Positions 39,509 through 48,383 of a DNA stretch of 64,000 nucleotides are shown here, one piece after another. Where the stretch lies: the NCBI GenBank assembly GCA_003164895.1, contig PLUL01000051.1, forward strand, positions 691-64,690. Direction: 5' to 3'. The stretch is from Bacteroidota bacterium (GTDB lineage Bacteria; Bacteroidota; Bacteroidia; Palsa-948). Below the pieces are notes generated by a model. It was given only the letters and a program-made list of their open reading frames with translations, was not told the origin of the DNA and ran no database searches. The stretch's first letter is position 1, and each line of letters starts with the position of its first letter. The translations under genes were made by a program, and so were the position numbers.

Positions 39509-40456
39509 ATGAAGAATAATTTTTTTATCATCCCATTAATGCTTCTCTCCAGCACATTACTTGCCCAAGGCAATAATATTTGGATTGCATTTGACAAAAA
39601 TTATTATGTAACTAAATCAGGGAAAATTATTGGCAGAGACAGTTTGTACATGTTTGACAACAAACCTGATTGCGAGAATGAAGGGTTTATTCGTTTCAGA
39701 AATAAAAAGACTGACAATGTAGGATTGTTTAATAGAAAAGGAGAAGTAGCTATCCCGGCAGAATATAATGAGTTGACTGAAGTGGCAAATGGAGTAATGA
39801 TGGCGTTAAAGGGCGCTGAAAAAAAGTACTATGAAGGTGGTGAACACTATCGATGGTTGGGAGGGAAGAAATTTCTTATTGATACTACTAATAAAATCAT
39901 AGCAGAAAATTTTGAATTTGATAATGATATAAATTTTTTCTCATTGAAAACTTCTTCACTGCCAAATCCCGATACAACTAAACAAAATTTTATAACTACA
40001 AATCGGCAATATATTTCGTTCACAAATTATAAAAAGGAATTTAGCAAATGGCTAAGAGATTCTCTACTGAAAAATCTTTCAAAGGATAATTTCCTTAATG
40101 TATCTTTCAACAAAGTAACTTATTGGGAAAAGAATAAAGGTTGGATAAGTGAAATAAAAAATATTTTCATTGAAAGAAATTACGAACTATTTAAAGTAAA
40201 ACTCATTCAATTAAATAATAAAAATTGTGATTATAATATTTTTAATCAAGGACTCAATCCTTTTATTTTTAACACGGATGATTATAGAGATTTTTTCAAT
40301 AATTGCGGTGAGTCAAAAGACTGGAAATATCCAGTAATGCTTATTGCGATTAACTATCAGAATAAAAAAGAGTTGCAAGACCATTTTGAATTTTTGAAAA
40401 CGGAAAATGGATATAAACTTATTTCCGTTTCACTTAGTGAAGGAGAAATAAAATGA
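39509..40456 (+). CDS. Exported hypothetical protein with WG-repeat-like segment
   Basis: Signal ending LLA-Q. DCENEGFIRFR...VGLFNRKGEVAIPAEY resembles a WG repeat. N/K-rich. Confidence 0.7.
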   Translation: MKNNFFIIPLMLLSSTLLAQGNNIWIAFDKNYYVTKSGKIIGRDSLYMFDNKPDCENEGFIRFRNKKTDNVGLFNRKGEVAIPAEYNELTEVANGVMMALKGAEKKYYEGGEHYRWLGGKKFLIDTTNKIIAENFEFDNDINFFSLKTSSLPNPDTTKQNFITTNRQYISFTNYKKEFSKWLRDSLLKNLSKDNFLNVSFNKVTYWEKNKGWISEIKNIFIERNYELFKVKLIQLNNKNCDYNIFNQGLNPFIFNTDDYRDFFNNCGESKDWKYPVMLIAINYQNKKELQDHFEFLKTENGYKLISVSLSEGEIK

Positions 40457-40464
40457 AAAAATAA

Positions 40465-40553
40465 TTCGCGTGAGGGGATTGCAGCGTAAATCCTTTTCCG
40501 CGCTTCGCGGAAAAGATTGAAGCGGAAAGCGCGACCCGAAGGGGAACGCCCAA
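40465..40553. repeat. Structured intergenic palindromic element (REP/MITE-like)
   Basis: Direct repeats GATTGCAGCGTAAA (40477-90) and GATTGAAGCGGAAA (40515-28) flank a 10-bp hairpin CTTTTCCGCG-CTT-CGCGGAAAAG. These are followed by CCC-GAA-GGG and GAACGCCC. GC-rich island in AT-rich DNA. Confidence 0.7.
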
Positions 40554-40568
40554 ACAAAAAATAAAAAT

Positions 40569-41537
40569 ATGATACAACGACCAAGACGACTTAGAAAAAA
40601 ACCCATCATCCGCGAGATGATAGCGGAAACAAGATTGAGCAAAAATATGTTCATCTATCCGTATTTTGTGGTGCCCGGAAAAAAAGAAAAACATTCTATT
40701 GCCGCGATGCCGGGAATTCATCATTTTTCGGTGGATGAATTATTGAAAGATGCTGAGAAAGGATTGAAACATGGAGTGGATAAATTTTTGCTGTTTGGGG
40801 TTAACGAAGAAAAAACCAAGGATGCGAGTTCATCGTTCAGCAATAATTCGGTGGTGGTGAAAGCAATTAAGGAGTTAAAGAAAAATTTTGGCGAAGATAT
40901 TTATGTGATTACGGATGTGTGCGTGTGCGCATACACCACGCATGGGCATTGCGGAATTCTGCACGATGATTATGTGCACAACGATTCTTCGGTGGAAGTG
41001 CTGGCAAAAATGGCGCTTGCTCACGCGCAGGCGGGCGCGGATATGGTGGCGCCTTCGGATATGATGGACGGAAGAGTTGGCGCGATAAGAGAAATCTTGG
41101 ATGGAGATGGATTTGAAAATACAGCGATAATGTCTTACGCGGTGAAATTTGCTTCGGCATTTTATGGTCCGTTTAGAGAGGCGGCAGATTCTGCTCCACA
41201 AAAAGGAGACCGTAAATCTTACCAGATGGATTTCAGAAACGGTAGAGAAGCAATGAAAGAAGCAATGCTGGATGAACAGGAAGGCTCAGATATTTTAATG
41301 GTGAAACCTGCTCTTGCTTACATGGATGTGATATCGAATCTCCGCACGAATACGTTGCTGCCCGTTGCGTGTTACAATGTTTCTGGTGAATATTCCATGG
41401 TGAAAGCAGCAGCCAAGAACGGCTGGATAGACGAGCAAAAAATTGTGATGGAAAATATGCACGCATTCGCACGCGCAGGTGCGGATATAATTATTTCATA
41501 CCACACCAGAGATATTTTTGAGAAGAATTGGATTTAG
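40569..41537 (+). CDS. hemB: Porphobilinogen synthase (delta-aminolevulinic acid dehydratase)
   Basis: RPRRLR, DVCVCAYTTHGHCG Zn site, APSDMMDGR, SAFYGPFREAA, MVKPAL, YNVSGEY. Confidence 0.97.
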   Translation: MIQRPRRLRKKPIIREMIAETRLSKNMFIYPYFVVPGKKEKHSIAAMPGIHHFSVDELLKDAEKGLKHGVDKFLLFGVNEEKTKDASSSFSNNSVVVKAIKELKKNFGEDIYVITDVCVCAYTTHGHCGILHDDYVHNDSSVEVLAKMALAHAQAGADMVAPSDMMDGRVGAIREILDGDGFENTAIMSYAVKFASAFYGPFREAADSAPQKGDRKSYQMDFRNGREAMKEAMLDEQEGSDILMVKPALAYMDVISNLRTNTLLPVACYNVSGEYSMVKAAAKNGWIDEQKIVMENMHAFARAGADIIISYHTRDIFEKNWI

Positions 41538-41558
41538 TTTTCTTCCCTATCTTCGTGC

Positions 41559-42704
41559 ATGCTTATTGCAGTAAACACGCGCCTCTTATTAAAAGACAAG
41601 CTCGAAGGAATCGGCTGGTTCACCTACGAATCGCTGAAGCAGATAACAAAAAATCATCCTGAACACCAGTTTCTATTTTTGTTCGACCGACCGTTCAGCG
41701 AGGAATTTATTTTTTCGGATAATATAACTCCGATAGTTGTTGGTCCGCAGGCGCGTCATCCATTTCTTTGGTATTGGTGGTTCGAGCAATCGCTTCCAAA
41801 AGTTTTTCATAAACACGAACCTGATCTTTTCCTTTCACCCGACGGTTTTCTTTCGTTGAGTGCTGCATATCCAGCGGGCATGAAAAAATTCAAATCACTT
41901 GCAGTTATTCACGATCTAAATTTTGAGCACTATCCACAGGATATTCCTTTTCTTGCCCGAAAATATTTTCAAAAATATTTTCCGCAGTATGCAAGAAAAG
42001 CAGATCGCATTGCAACGGTTTCGGAATATTCTAAACAAGATATTTCAAAAACTTATAAGATATCGCTTGAAAAAATTGATGTGGTATATGACGGAGCAAA
42101 TGAATTATTCAAACCGAGTTCGGAAGATGCAAGGAAAAAGATTCAGTTGAAATATACAAGTGGCGAAAAATATTTTCTTTTCGTTGGCGCGCTTTCTCCT
42201 CGAAAAAATGTGACAAGATTGCTTCAAGCATTTGATGAATTTAAAAAATCAGAGCCATCAAAAATAAAGTTGGTAGTTGCAGGTGGAAAAATGTTCATGA
42301 CGAGCGAAATAGAAAATGTGTACAATAAAATGCAATTTAAGAACGATGTGATTTTTACCGGAAGATTAGGCACCGATGATCTGAAAGATGTGATGGCGGG
42401 TGCTGTATCTTTGGTTTTTGTTCCTTACTTTGAAGGTTTCGGAATTCCGATTGTGGAAGCGATGTATTGCGATGTGCCGTTGATAACTTCTAATGTAACA
42501 TCTATGCCCGAAGTGGCAGGCAATGCAGGATTGCTGGTTGATCCTTTCTCGGTGGATTCCATCAAAGATGGTATGCTGAAAATTTATAAAGATGAAGCGT
42601 TGAGAAATCAACTGATAGAAAACGGAAGAAAACAGAGAGAGAAATTTTCATGGGATAAGACGGCAGATAAGCTTTGGAAGTCAATAGAGAAAACTTTAGG
42701 ATAA
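41559..42704 (+). CDS. Glycosyltransferase family 4 (GT-B)
   Basis: EGIG, VIHDL, TVSEYSK, FVGALSPRKN and EGFGIPIVEAM motifs. Confidence 0.9.
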   Translation: MLIAVNTRLLLKDKLEGIGWFTYESLKQITKNHPEHQFLFLFDRPFSEEFIFSDNITPIVVGPQARHPFLWYWWFEQSLPKVFHKHEPDLFLSPDGFLSLSAAYPAGMKKFKSLAVIHDLNFEHYPQDIPFLARKYFQKYFPQYARKADRIATVSEYSKQDISKTYKISLEKIDVVYDGANELFKPSSEDARKKIQLKYTSGEKYFLFVGALSPRKNVTRLLQAFDEFKKSEPSKIKLVVAGGKMFMTSEIENVYNKMQFKNDVIFTGRLGTDDLKDVMAGAVSLVFVPYFEGFGIPIVEAMYCDVPLITSNVTSMPEVAGNAGLLVDPFSVDSIKDGMLKIYKDEALRNQLIENGRKQREKFSWDKTADKLWKSIEKTLG

Positions 42705-42738
42705 ATTTTTTCTACTCTTGCAAATAGTTGAATCTTAA

Positions 42739-43377
42739 ATGCTCAAACCTTATTTAGATAAATCTCTGTTAGAAGCTGGCTGTGATGAAGCAGGCAGAGG
42801 TTGTCTTGCCGGTCCGGTTTATGCGGCTGCAGTAATTCTTCCGAAACAATCAAAAAAAGAATTAAAAGTTCTTGAAAAGGTAAACGACTCCAAAAAGCTT
42901 TCAGATGAAGTGCGTAGAGAATTGCGTCCGCTCATTGAGAAAATTTCCGTCTCATTTGCAATCGGAATTGCAAGTGTGGAAGAAATTGACAAACTAAATA
43001 TTCTAAACGCATCCATTCTTGCCATGCACCGTGCCATTGCAAAACTTAAAGTAAAACCGGAATTACTTTTAATTGACGGAAATCGTTTTAAAAAGTATTT
43101 TACAAAATCAGGGAAATTTATTCCTCACGAATGTATTATTCAAGGTGACGGGAAATTTCTTGCCATCGCCTGCGCATCCATTCTCGCCAAAACTTACCGC
43201 GATGATTACATGAATGAACTTCACGAAAAATTTCCGAAATACAATTGGAATCAAAACAAGGCGTATGCAACACGCTTGCATCGTGCAGCAATAAAAAAAT
43301 ACGGCGCAACCGAGCATCATCGCAAGAGTTTCACGCTTCTGCCATCTCAATTAAACTTGGACTTCGGTAAAAAATAA
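42739..43377 (+). CDS. rnhB: Ribonuclease HII
   Basis: GCDEAGRGCLAGPV, NDSKKL, LIDGN, GD...IACASILAK..RD and HRKSF motifs. Confidence 0.95.
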   Translation: MLKPYLDKSLLEAGCDEAGRGCLAGPVYAAAVILPKQSKKELKVLEKVNDSKKLSDEVRRELRPLIEKISVSFAIGIASVEEIDKLNILNASILAMHRAIAKLKVKPELLLIDGNRFKKYFTKSGKFIPHECIIQGDGKFLAIACASILAKTYRDDYMNELHEKFPKYNWNQNKAYATRLHRAAIKKYGATEHHRKSFTLLPSQLNLDFGKK

Positions 43378-43432
43378 ACTTCTGCTTAATTCCTAAATCT
43401 CTGTATCTTAGCAATCACAAAAACATTGAACC

Positions 43433-45073
43433 ATGAAAAAAGGCATATCAAAAAAATCAATGATCCTGATTGCTTCGCTCCTTTTTATGGCAATCATTAT
43501 TTTTTCTATTCAATCGTGTATAAAAGATAATTTTCAACTAAACAAACTTGCAAAAACGGATTACACCCCAAATCTTGCTGCGCCATTGATTTATTCTTCA
43601 ATTACTATTCAGGATCTTCTTAATAACTCTGGTCATAACGGAATTGTTTCTGTGGGAAGCGATAATTTTTGTACTATAATATATAAAGGAAATTTATTTT
43701 CGCTTCTTGCATCTGATTTGATAACAATCCCCAACCAAACTCCTCCTGCCTATTCGGCTTCTCTCACGGCTGCACAAATTGCATCCTTTCCTACATCGGG
43801 TACTTTTACTGTTGCCTATAGTCAAACGGTAAATTTTAATTCGGGAACAGTTAAAATTGATTCTTTGATCTTTAAAAGCGGAATGCTTAATATCTCTCTT
43901 AATTCCAGTTTAAAATTCAGCGGACAAATAGCAATTAATATTCCTTCTGCTAAAAAAAACGGAGTTCCTTTTTCTCAAACGCTGCCTTTCACATATTCCG
44001 GAACTGTTCCGGTTATGACCAATGCTAATTATGATCTTTCCGGGTACGATGTGGACATGACATTAGGAGGAACCACAAACAATCAATTTGTAGTAAATTA
44101 TGTTTTAACGATTACGTGTAACGGAACATCACCGTCAATTACAGATATGATGACGCTCAACCAATCTTTCAGTAATTTGAATTTTAATAAATTATTTGGA
44201 GATATCGGGCAACTCGCTTTGTCGCCAACTCAAGATACAGTTGCACTTTCTATTTTTAAAAACTCCTTGGGGCTTGGCACTTTCACATTGGTAAATCCAT
44301 CTGCAAAAGTTGTGATTTCAAATTCTTATGGAGTGCCTATAAATGCAACCATTGCTGCACTTAATGGCTTTAATCCACCGGCAACCACTTATCCAATTAC
44401 CGGTTATCCTACCCCACTTCCAATTTTAAGTCCGACTTTTTCTCAAATAGGACAAATACTCAAAGATTCATTTTCTCTAACCAACTCCAATAGTAACATT
44501 GTACAGGTTATTAATAATACTCCCAAGTTTGTTATTTACAAAATAAATTCATTGTCAAATCCACCCAGCTTACCAGTTCAGAAAAATTTTGTAATTGACA
44601 CCAGTCGTTTTAAAGTTGATTTGGAACTTGATTTGCCCCTTTATGGAACCGCTAAAGATTTTACACTAATGGATACTTTGGCATTTACAATGGATTCCAG
44701 TATTTCCAGCAATGTTGTATCCGCGTTATTTAGAATTTACAATTCAAATGGATTTCCTTTTGATATTAATATGCAAGCATATTTCACGGACAGTCTTTAT
44801 CATAAACTCGATTCATTAATAATTCCCAATCAGTTAATTTTACAATCTGCTATTGTTAGCCCTACGACAGGAATGGTAATTTCGCCCACTCAAAAAACGT
44901 ATGACGCAAATGTTAGCCAAGCCAGATTTTTACATTTGAAAACATCCAAACATATTTTGCTAAAAGCGGTGGCAGCCACTACCAACGGCGGAAATACAAA
45001 TGTTAAAATTTATGCTAATTATAAATTAGATGTTAAACTTGGCGTGCAAGTTCAGATCAAGACAAAAATTTAA
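43433..45073 (+). CDS. Beta-rich lipoprotein of unknown function
   Basis: Lipobox IQS-C, P.LAAPL motif, recurring N..P motifs (SNSYGVP, NSNGFP). Co-oriented, 12 nt before the DUF5723 gene. Confidence 0.75.
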   Translation: MKKGISKKSMILIASLLFMAIIIFSIQSCIKDNFQLNKLAKTDYTPNLAAPLIYSSITIQDLLNNSGHNGIVSVGSDNFCTIIYKGNLFSLLASDLITIPNQTPPAYSASLTAAQIASFPTSGTFTVAYSQTVNFNSGTVKIDSLIFKSGMLNISLNSSLKFSGQIAINIPSAKKNGVPFSQTLPFTYSGTVPVMTNANYDLSGYDVDMTLGGTTNNQFVVNYVLTITCNGTSPSITDMMTLNQSFSNLNFNKLFGDIGQLALSPTQDTVALSIFKNSLGLGTFTLVNPSAKVVISNSYGVPINATIAALNGFNPPATTYPITGYPTPLPILSPTFSQIGQILKDSFSLTNSNSNIVQVINNTPKFVIYKINSLSNPPSLPVQKNFVIDTSRFKVDLELDLPLYGTAKDFTLMDTLAFTMDSSISSNVVSALFRIYNSNGFPFDINMQAYFTDSLYHKLDSLIIPNQLILQSAIVSPTTGMVISPTQKTYDANVSQARFLHLKTSKHILLKAVAATTNGGNTNVKIYANYKLDVKLGVQVQIKTKI

Positions 45074-45085
45074 AGACTCAAAGAA

Positions 45086-47677
45086 TTGAACCAACCTGTG
45101 ATGTTCAGATTTTCATTTATAAAAAAAATAATTTATTTTATTTTTGTTCTTGTTACCTTTCCATCTGAAGATTCATTATTCGCTCAGCAAGATCTCACTT
45201 TATATAATATGGATGTAGTTCCTCAGCGGATGTATGATAATCCGGCATTTAAACCATCTTACAGCACAGTAAACATCGGGTTGCCGCTTATTTCCTCGCA
45301 ATATTTTAATTTCAGCAATACCGGTTTTAAATATTCTGACTTGATTAAACATGGATCGGATGATTCTCTTCATCTTAATGTTCCCAACATGTTAAAAAAA
45401 TTAGCAAAGAATAATTACCTTTCTGTTGCCTACCGCACCGATCTTCTTTCCTTCGGATTTCAGGTGAAGAAAAAAAATTATTTCAGCTTTAATGCTACAG
45501 AAAAAATTGATGTTCGCTTTCGTTATCCAAAAGATTTTATGAATCTTCTTTGGAATGGAAATGGCGCTATGATGGGACAGGATGTAAATTTAAATTTTAC
45601 AATTAATGCCACTCATTACCGTGAATATGGTTTCGGATTTTCCCGTGAAATAAATGATAAACTTACTATTGGCGTTAAGTTAAAATATCTTTATGGAATG
45701 GAAAATGTTTCGACTAATCTGTCAAATATCACGCTTAACACCGATCCAAATTATTTTGCTTTAACAGCAAAATCAAACGTAAGCGTTAACACTTCCGGTA
45801 TAGATAGTAACGAGTTTAAAAATATCAATGTTATTAATTATCTTTTTAAAAAACAAAACAATGGTGCAGGAATTGATCTGGGTGGCGTTTATAAATTGAA
45901 CAAAAAATTTACATTCTCTGCGAGTATAACTGATCTTGGATTTATTCACTGGCAAAGTTCAACCACAAATCTTCAAAGCGCAAATTCTCAAGGAACATTT
46001 GTTTATCAAGGCATTGATGCTGCGCAATTTATTGGCAATCCCACATTATCGGTTCAAGATGCCATGAATACCTTGAAAGATTCTGTAGTCAAAGCATTAA
46101 AAATTGATACCGTTCATCATAGCTACACCACTATGATTACTTCCAAAATATATCTTGGAGCAAATTATAATGTGACAGAAAAAAGCAATGCAGGTTTTTT
46201 ATTTTATAGCGAGATATTTGATAAATCCATTCATCCGGGAATTTCTTTTTCATTTAATCAGAAAGTTGGTAGATGGTTATGTGCGTCGGCTTCATATTCC
46301 ATTTTTAATCGCAATTATGAAAATGTTGGATTGGGATTGGCACTTAACGGAGGTCCTGTTCAATTTTATGTTGTGAGTGATAATCTTTTGGCAGCATTCT
46401 ATCCTCAAAACGCACAAAATATACATGTCCATTTTGGAATTAATTTAACATTTGGCAGAAAACTTCCTGACCGAGATAAAGATGGAATTCCTGATAAAAA
46501 AGATCGTTGTCCTGATGTTCCGGGATTAAAAGAGTTTGATGGCTGTCCTGACAGAGATGGGGATCATATTCCTGATTATCTGGATTCCTGTCCTGATCAA
46601 GCCGGCTTACCAAAATTCAACGGGTGTCCCGATCGTGATGGCGACGGAATCATTGATAAAAAAGATTCTTGTCCAGATTCTGCTGGCTTGCCGCAATTTA
46701 ACGGTTGCCCAGACAAAGATGGTGATGGTATCATTGACAAAAAAGATTCCTGTCCCGATGTTGCCGGCTTGCCGCAATTCAACGGCTGTCCCGATCGTGA
46801 CGGTGATGGTATCATTGATAAAAAAGATTCTTGTCCAGATGCTGCCGGTTTGCCGCAATTCAACGGCTGCCCCGATCGCGATGGCGATGGCATCATTGAT
46901 AAAAAAGATTCTTGTCCAGATGTTCCCGGAGTTCCCGAATTAAATGGATGTCCGGATAAAGATGGCGATGGTGTTACCGATGCAAAAGACCGATGTCCTG
47001 ATGTTCCTGGTCCGAAAGAAAATGATGGCTGTCCGCTTGCAAAACTTCACTTGCTTGATGAAAAAGGAAATATTATTGCAACAGCTACCATAGGAAAAGA
47101 TGGTAAATTTAATTTTACTGAACTACCGCCTGACGAAAAAGTTCTTTTAAAATTAGAATCGTACGATGTGCTTATGGTGAACGAAATTACCGTTGGATCT
47201 GGCAGCAACCTACATGTTGCCCGAAGAAGTGTGGATGGTTTTTTCCATTTTGAAAAACTTAGTGCCGATGAAAACAAACTCGGAAAAATGGATGCGCCCG
47301 ATATACAAATTAAATTAAAAGCTGAAGAAGCGCAAACGGTAAAAGATGCGATGGAAAATCTGGAATTCGATTTTGGAAAAGAAGGAATTCGCACCACTTC
47401 AAATTCAGGACTCGATAAACTTACCAACCTAATGATAAAAAATCCTACATGGAGATTAAAACTTTCAGGGCATACAGATAATGTTTCTTCCATGAAATTC
47501 AATATGACACTTTCTAAAAAACGTGTAGAATCGGTGAAAAAATATTTGGTAAGCAAAGGGATTTCTGGTGACAGAATCGTACTCAAATGGTACGGACCAA
47601 CGAAACCTGTTGCTTCAAATAATACGGAGGAAGGCAAACAGAAAAATCGCAGGGTAGAGTTTCTGATTATTCAGTAA
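45086..47677 (+). CDS. DUF5723-like beta-barrel + thrombospondin type 3 repeats + OmpA C-terminal domain
   Basis: NPAF, G.GIDLG, SASITDLGFIHW barrel region. Seven DxDxDG..D..D.CP repeats. OmpA motifs GHTD, N..LS..R and NRRVE. Start may be ATG 45101. Confidence 0.88.
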   Translation: MNQPVMFRFSFIKKIIYFIFVLVTFPSEDSLFAQQDLTLYNMDVVPQRMYDNPAFKPSYSTVNIGLPLISSQYFNFSNTGFKYSDLIKHGSDDSLHLNVPNMLKKLAKNNYLSVAYRTDLLSFGFQVKKKNYFSFNATEKIDVRFRYPKDFMNLLWNGNGAMMGQDVNLNFTINATHYREYGFGFSREINDKLTIGVKLKYLYGMENVSTNLSNITLNTDPNYFALTAKSNVSVNTSGIDSNEFKNINVINYLFKKQNNGAGIDLGGVYKLNKKFTFSASITDLGFIHWQSSTTNLQSANSQGTFVYQGIDAAQFIGNPTLSVQDAMNTLKDSVVKALKIDTVHHSYTTMITSKIYLGANYNVTEKSNAGFLFYSEIFDKSIHPGISFSFNQKVGRWLCASASYSIFNRNYENVGLGLALNGGPVQFYVVSDNLLAAFYPQNAQNIHVHFGINLTFGRKLPDRDKDGIPDKKDRCPDVPGLKEFDGCPDRDGDHIPDYLDSCPDQAGLPKFNGCPDRDGDGIIDKKDSCPDSAGLPQFNGCPDKDGDGIIDKKDSCPDVAGLPQFNGCPDRDGDGIIDKKDSCPDAAGLPQFNGCPDRDGDGIIDKKDSCPDVPGVPELNGCPDKDGDGVTDAKDRCPDVPGPKENDGCPLAKLHLLDEKGNIIATATIGKDGKFNFTELPPDEKVLLKLESYDVLMVNEITVGSGSNLHVARRSVDGFFHFEKLSADENKLGKMDAPDIQIKLKAEEAQTVKDAMENLEFDFGKEGIRTTSNSGLDKLTNLMIKNPTWRLKLSGHTDNVSSMKFNMTLSKKRVESVKKYLVSKGISGDRIVLKWYGPTKPVASNNTEEGKQKNRRVEFLIIQ
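46469..47035 (+). repeat. Seven 81-bp tandem coding repeats (TSP3)
   Basis: 27-aa unit DRDGDGIIDKKDSCPDxAGLPQFNGCP. Units 3-6 are nearly identical at DNA level. Confidence 0.92.
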
Positions 47678-47723
47678 TTCTCTAATTTTTTTCAACTAAA
47701 TATCTGTGGAGTTATAATGGATT

Positions 47724-48359
47724 ATGATTATAAAACCTTTCAAAATAAAATTAGCGCAAAAATATTTATTGGATGCTGAACTGAATATTTTAGATGTTGG
47801 TGCCGGAAGTCATTCAGCAAGTATTACAAAACAATGGTTGCCGAAATGCCATTACACCGGAATAGATATTTCAAAAACTTATGATAACGATGAAAGCGAT
47901 TTTAAAATGATGGACGAATTCATCGAAATGGATCTAACGAAACTTGATTTTGAAAAAATTCCTGAAAATAAATACGACATGATTGTTATGTGCCATGTCA
48001 TCGAACATTTGCACAACGGAGATAAAGTAATTTCAGGGTTGCTCTCCAAATTAAAAAAAGGTGGAATTATTTATTTGGAATTTCCTTCCGAAAGAAGCGT
48101 TCATTTCCCTTCCAAACGCGAAACTTTGAATTTTTATGACGATCCCACGCATTGTAGAATTTTTTCGGTTAAAGAAGTTTCAGATATTCTGAAACAAAAT
48201 CACCTGATTATTTTATCTGCCGGAATCCGAAGACAAATCATGAATATTTTTTTAATGCCATTCAAAATAATTTATCAGTCCATCACCAAAGGATATGTGA
48301 GAGGTGGGGTTTATTGGGATTATTACGGTTTTGCTGATTATGTTATTGCTAAAAGATAA
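47724..48359 (+). CDS. Class I SAM-dependent methyltransferase
   Basis: ILDVGAG, YTGID, HVIEHL, LKKGG and D.TH motifs. Confidence 0.88.
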   Translation: MIIKPFKIKLAQKYLLDAELNILDVGAGSHSASITKQWLPKCHYTGIDISKTYDNDESDFKMMDEFIEMDLTKLDFEKIPENKYDMIVMCHVIEHLHNGDKVISGLLSKLKKGGIIYLEFPSERSVHFPSKRETLNFYDDPTHCRIFSVKEVSDILKQNHLIILSAGIRRQIMNIFLMPFKIIYQSITKGYVRGGVYWDYYGFADYVIAKR

Positions 48360-48383
48360 TTTTAAAATTGCGATAGAAAAAAG

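Noticed and set aside
40357-40724. Minus-strand ORFs spanning the hemB upstream region
   Set aside because: They are translations of the palindromic element and the antisense of hemB.
41855-41890. Possible small palindromic insertion in the GT4 gene (SAAYPAGMKKF)
   Set aside because: Only a 4-5 bp stem (GCTG...CAGC). It cannot be told from chance without an orthologue alignment.
46469-47035. Regular 81-bp repeats as a possible CRISPR array
   Set aside because: They are contiguous in-frame TSP3 coding repeats with no unique spacers, and no cas genes are present.
47047-47637. 196-aa antisense ORF, and the many other 60-150 aa alternative-frame ORFs in the track
   Set aside because: They are shadows of well-supported genes with no recognisable motifs.
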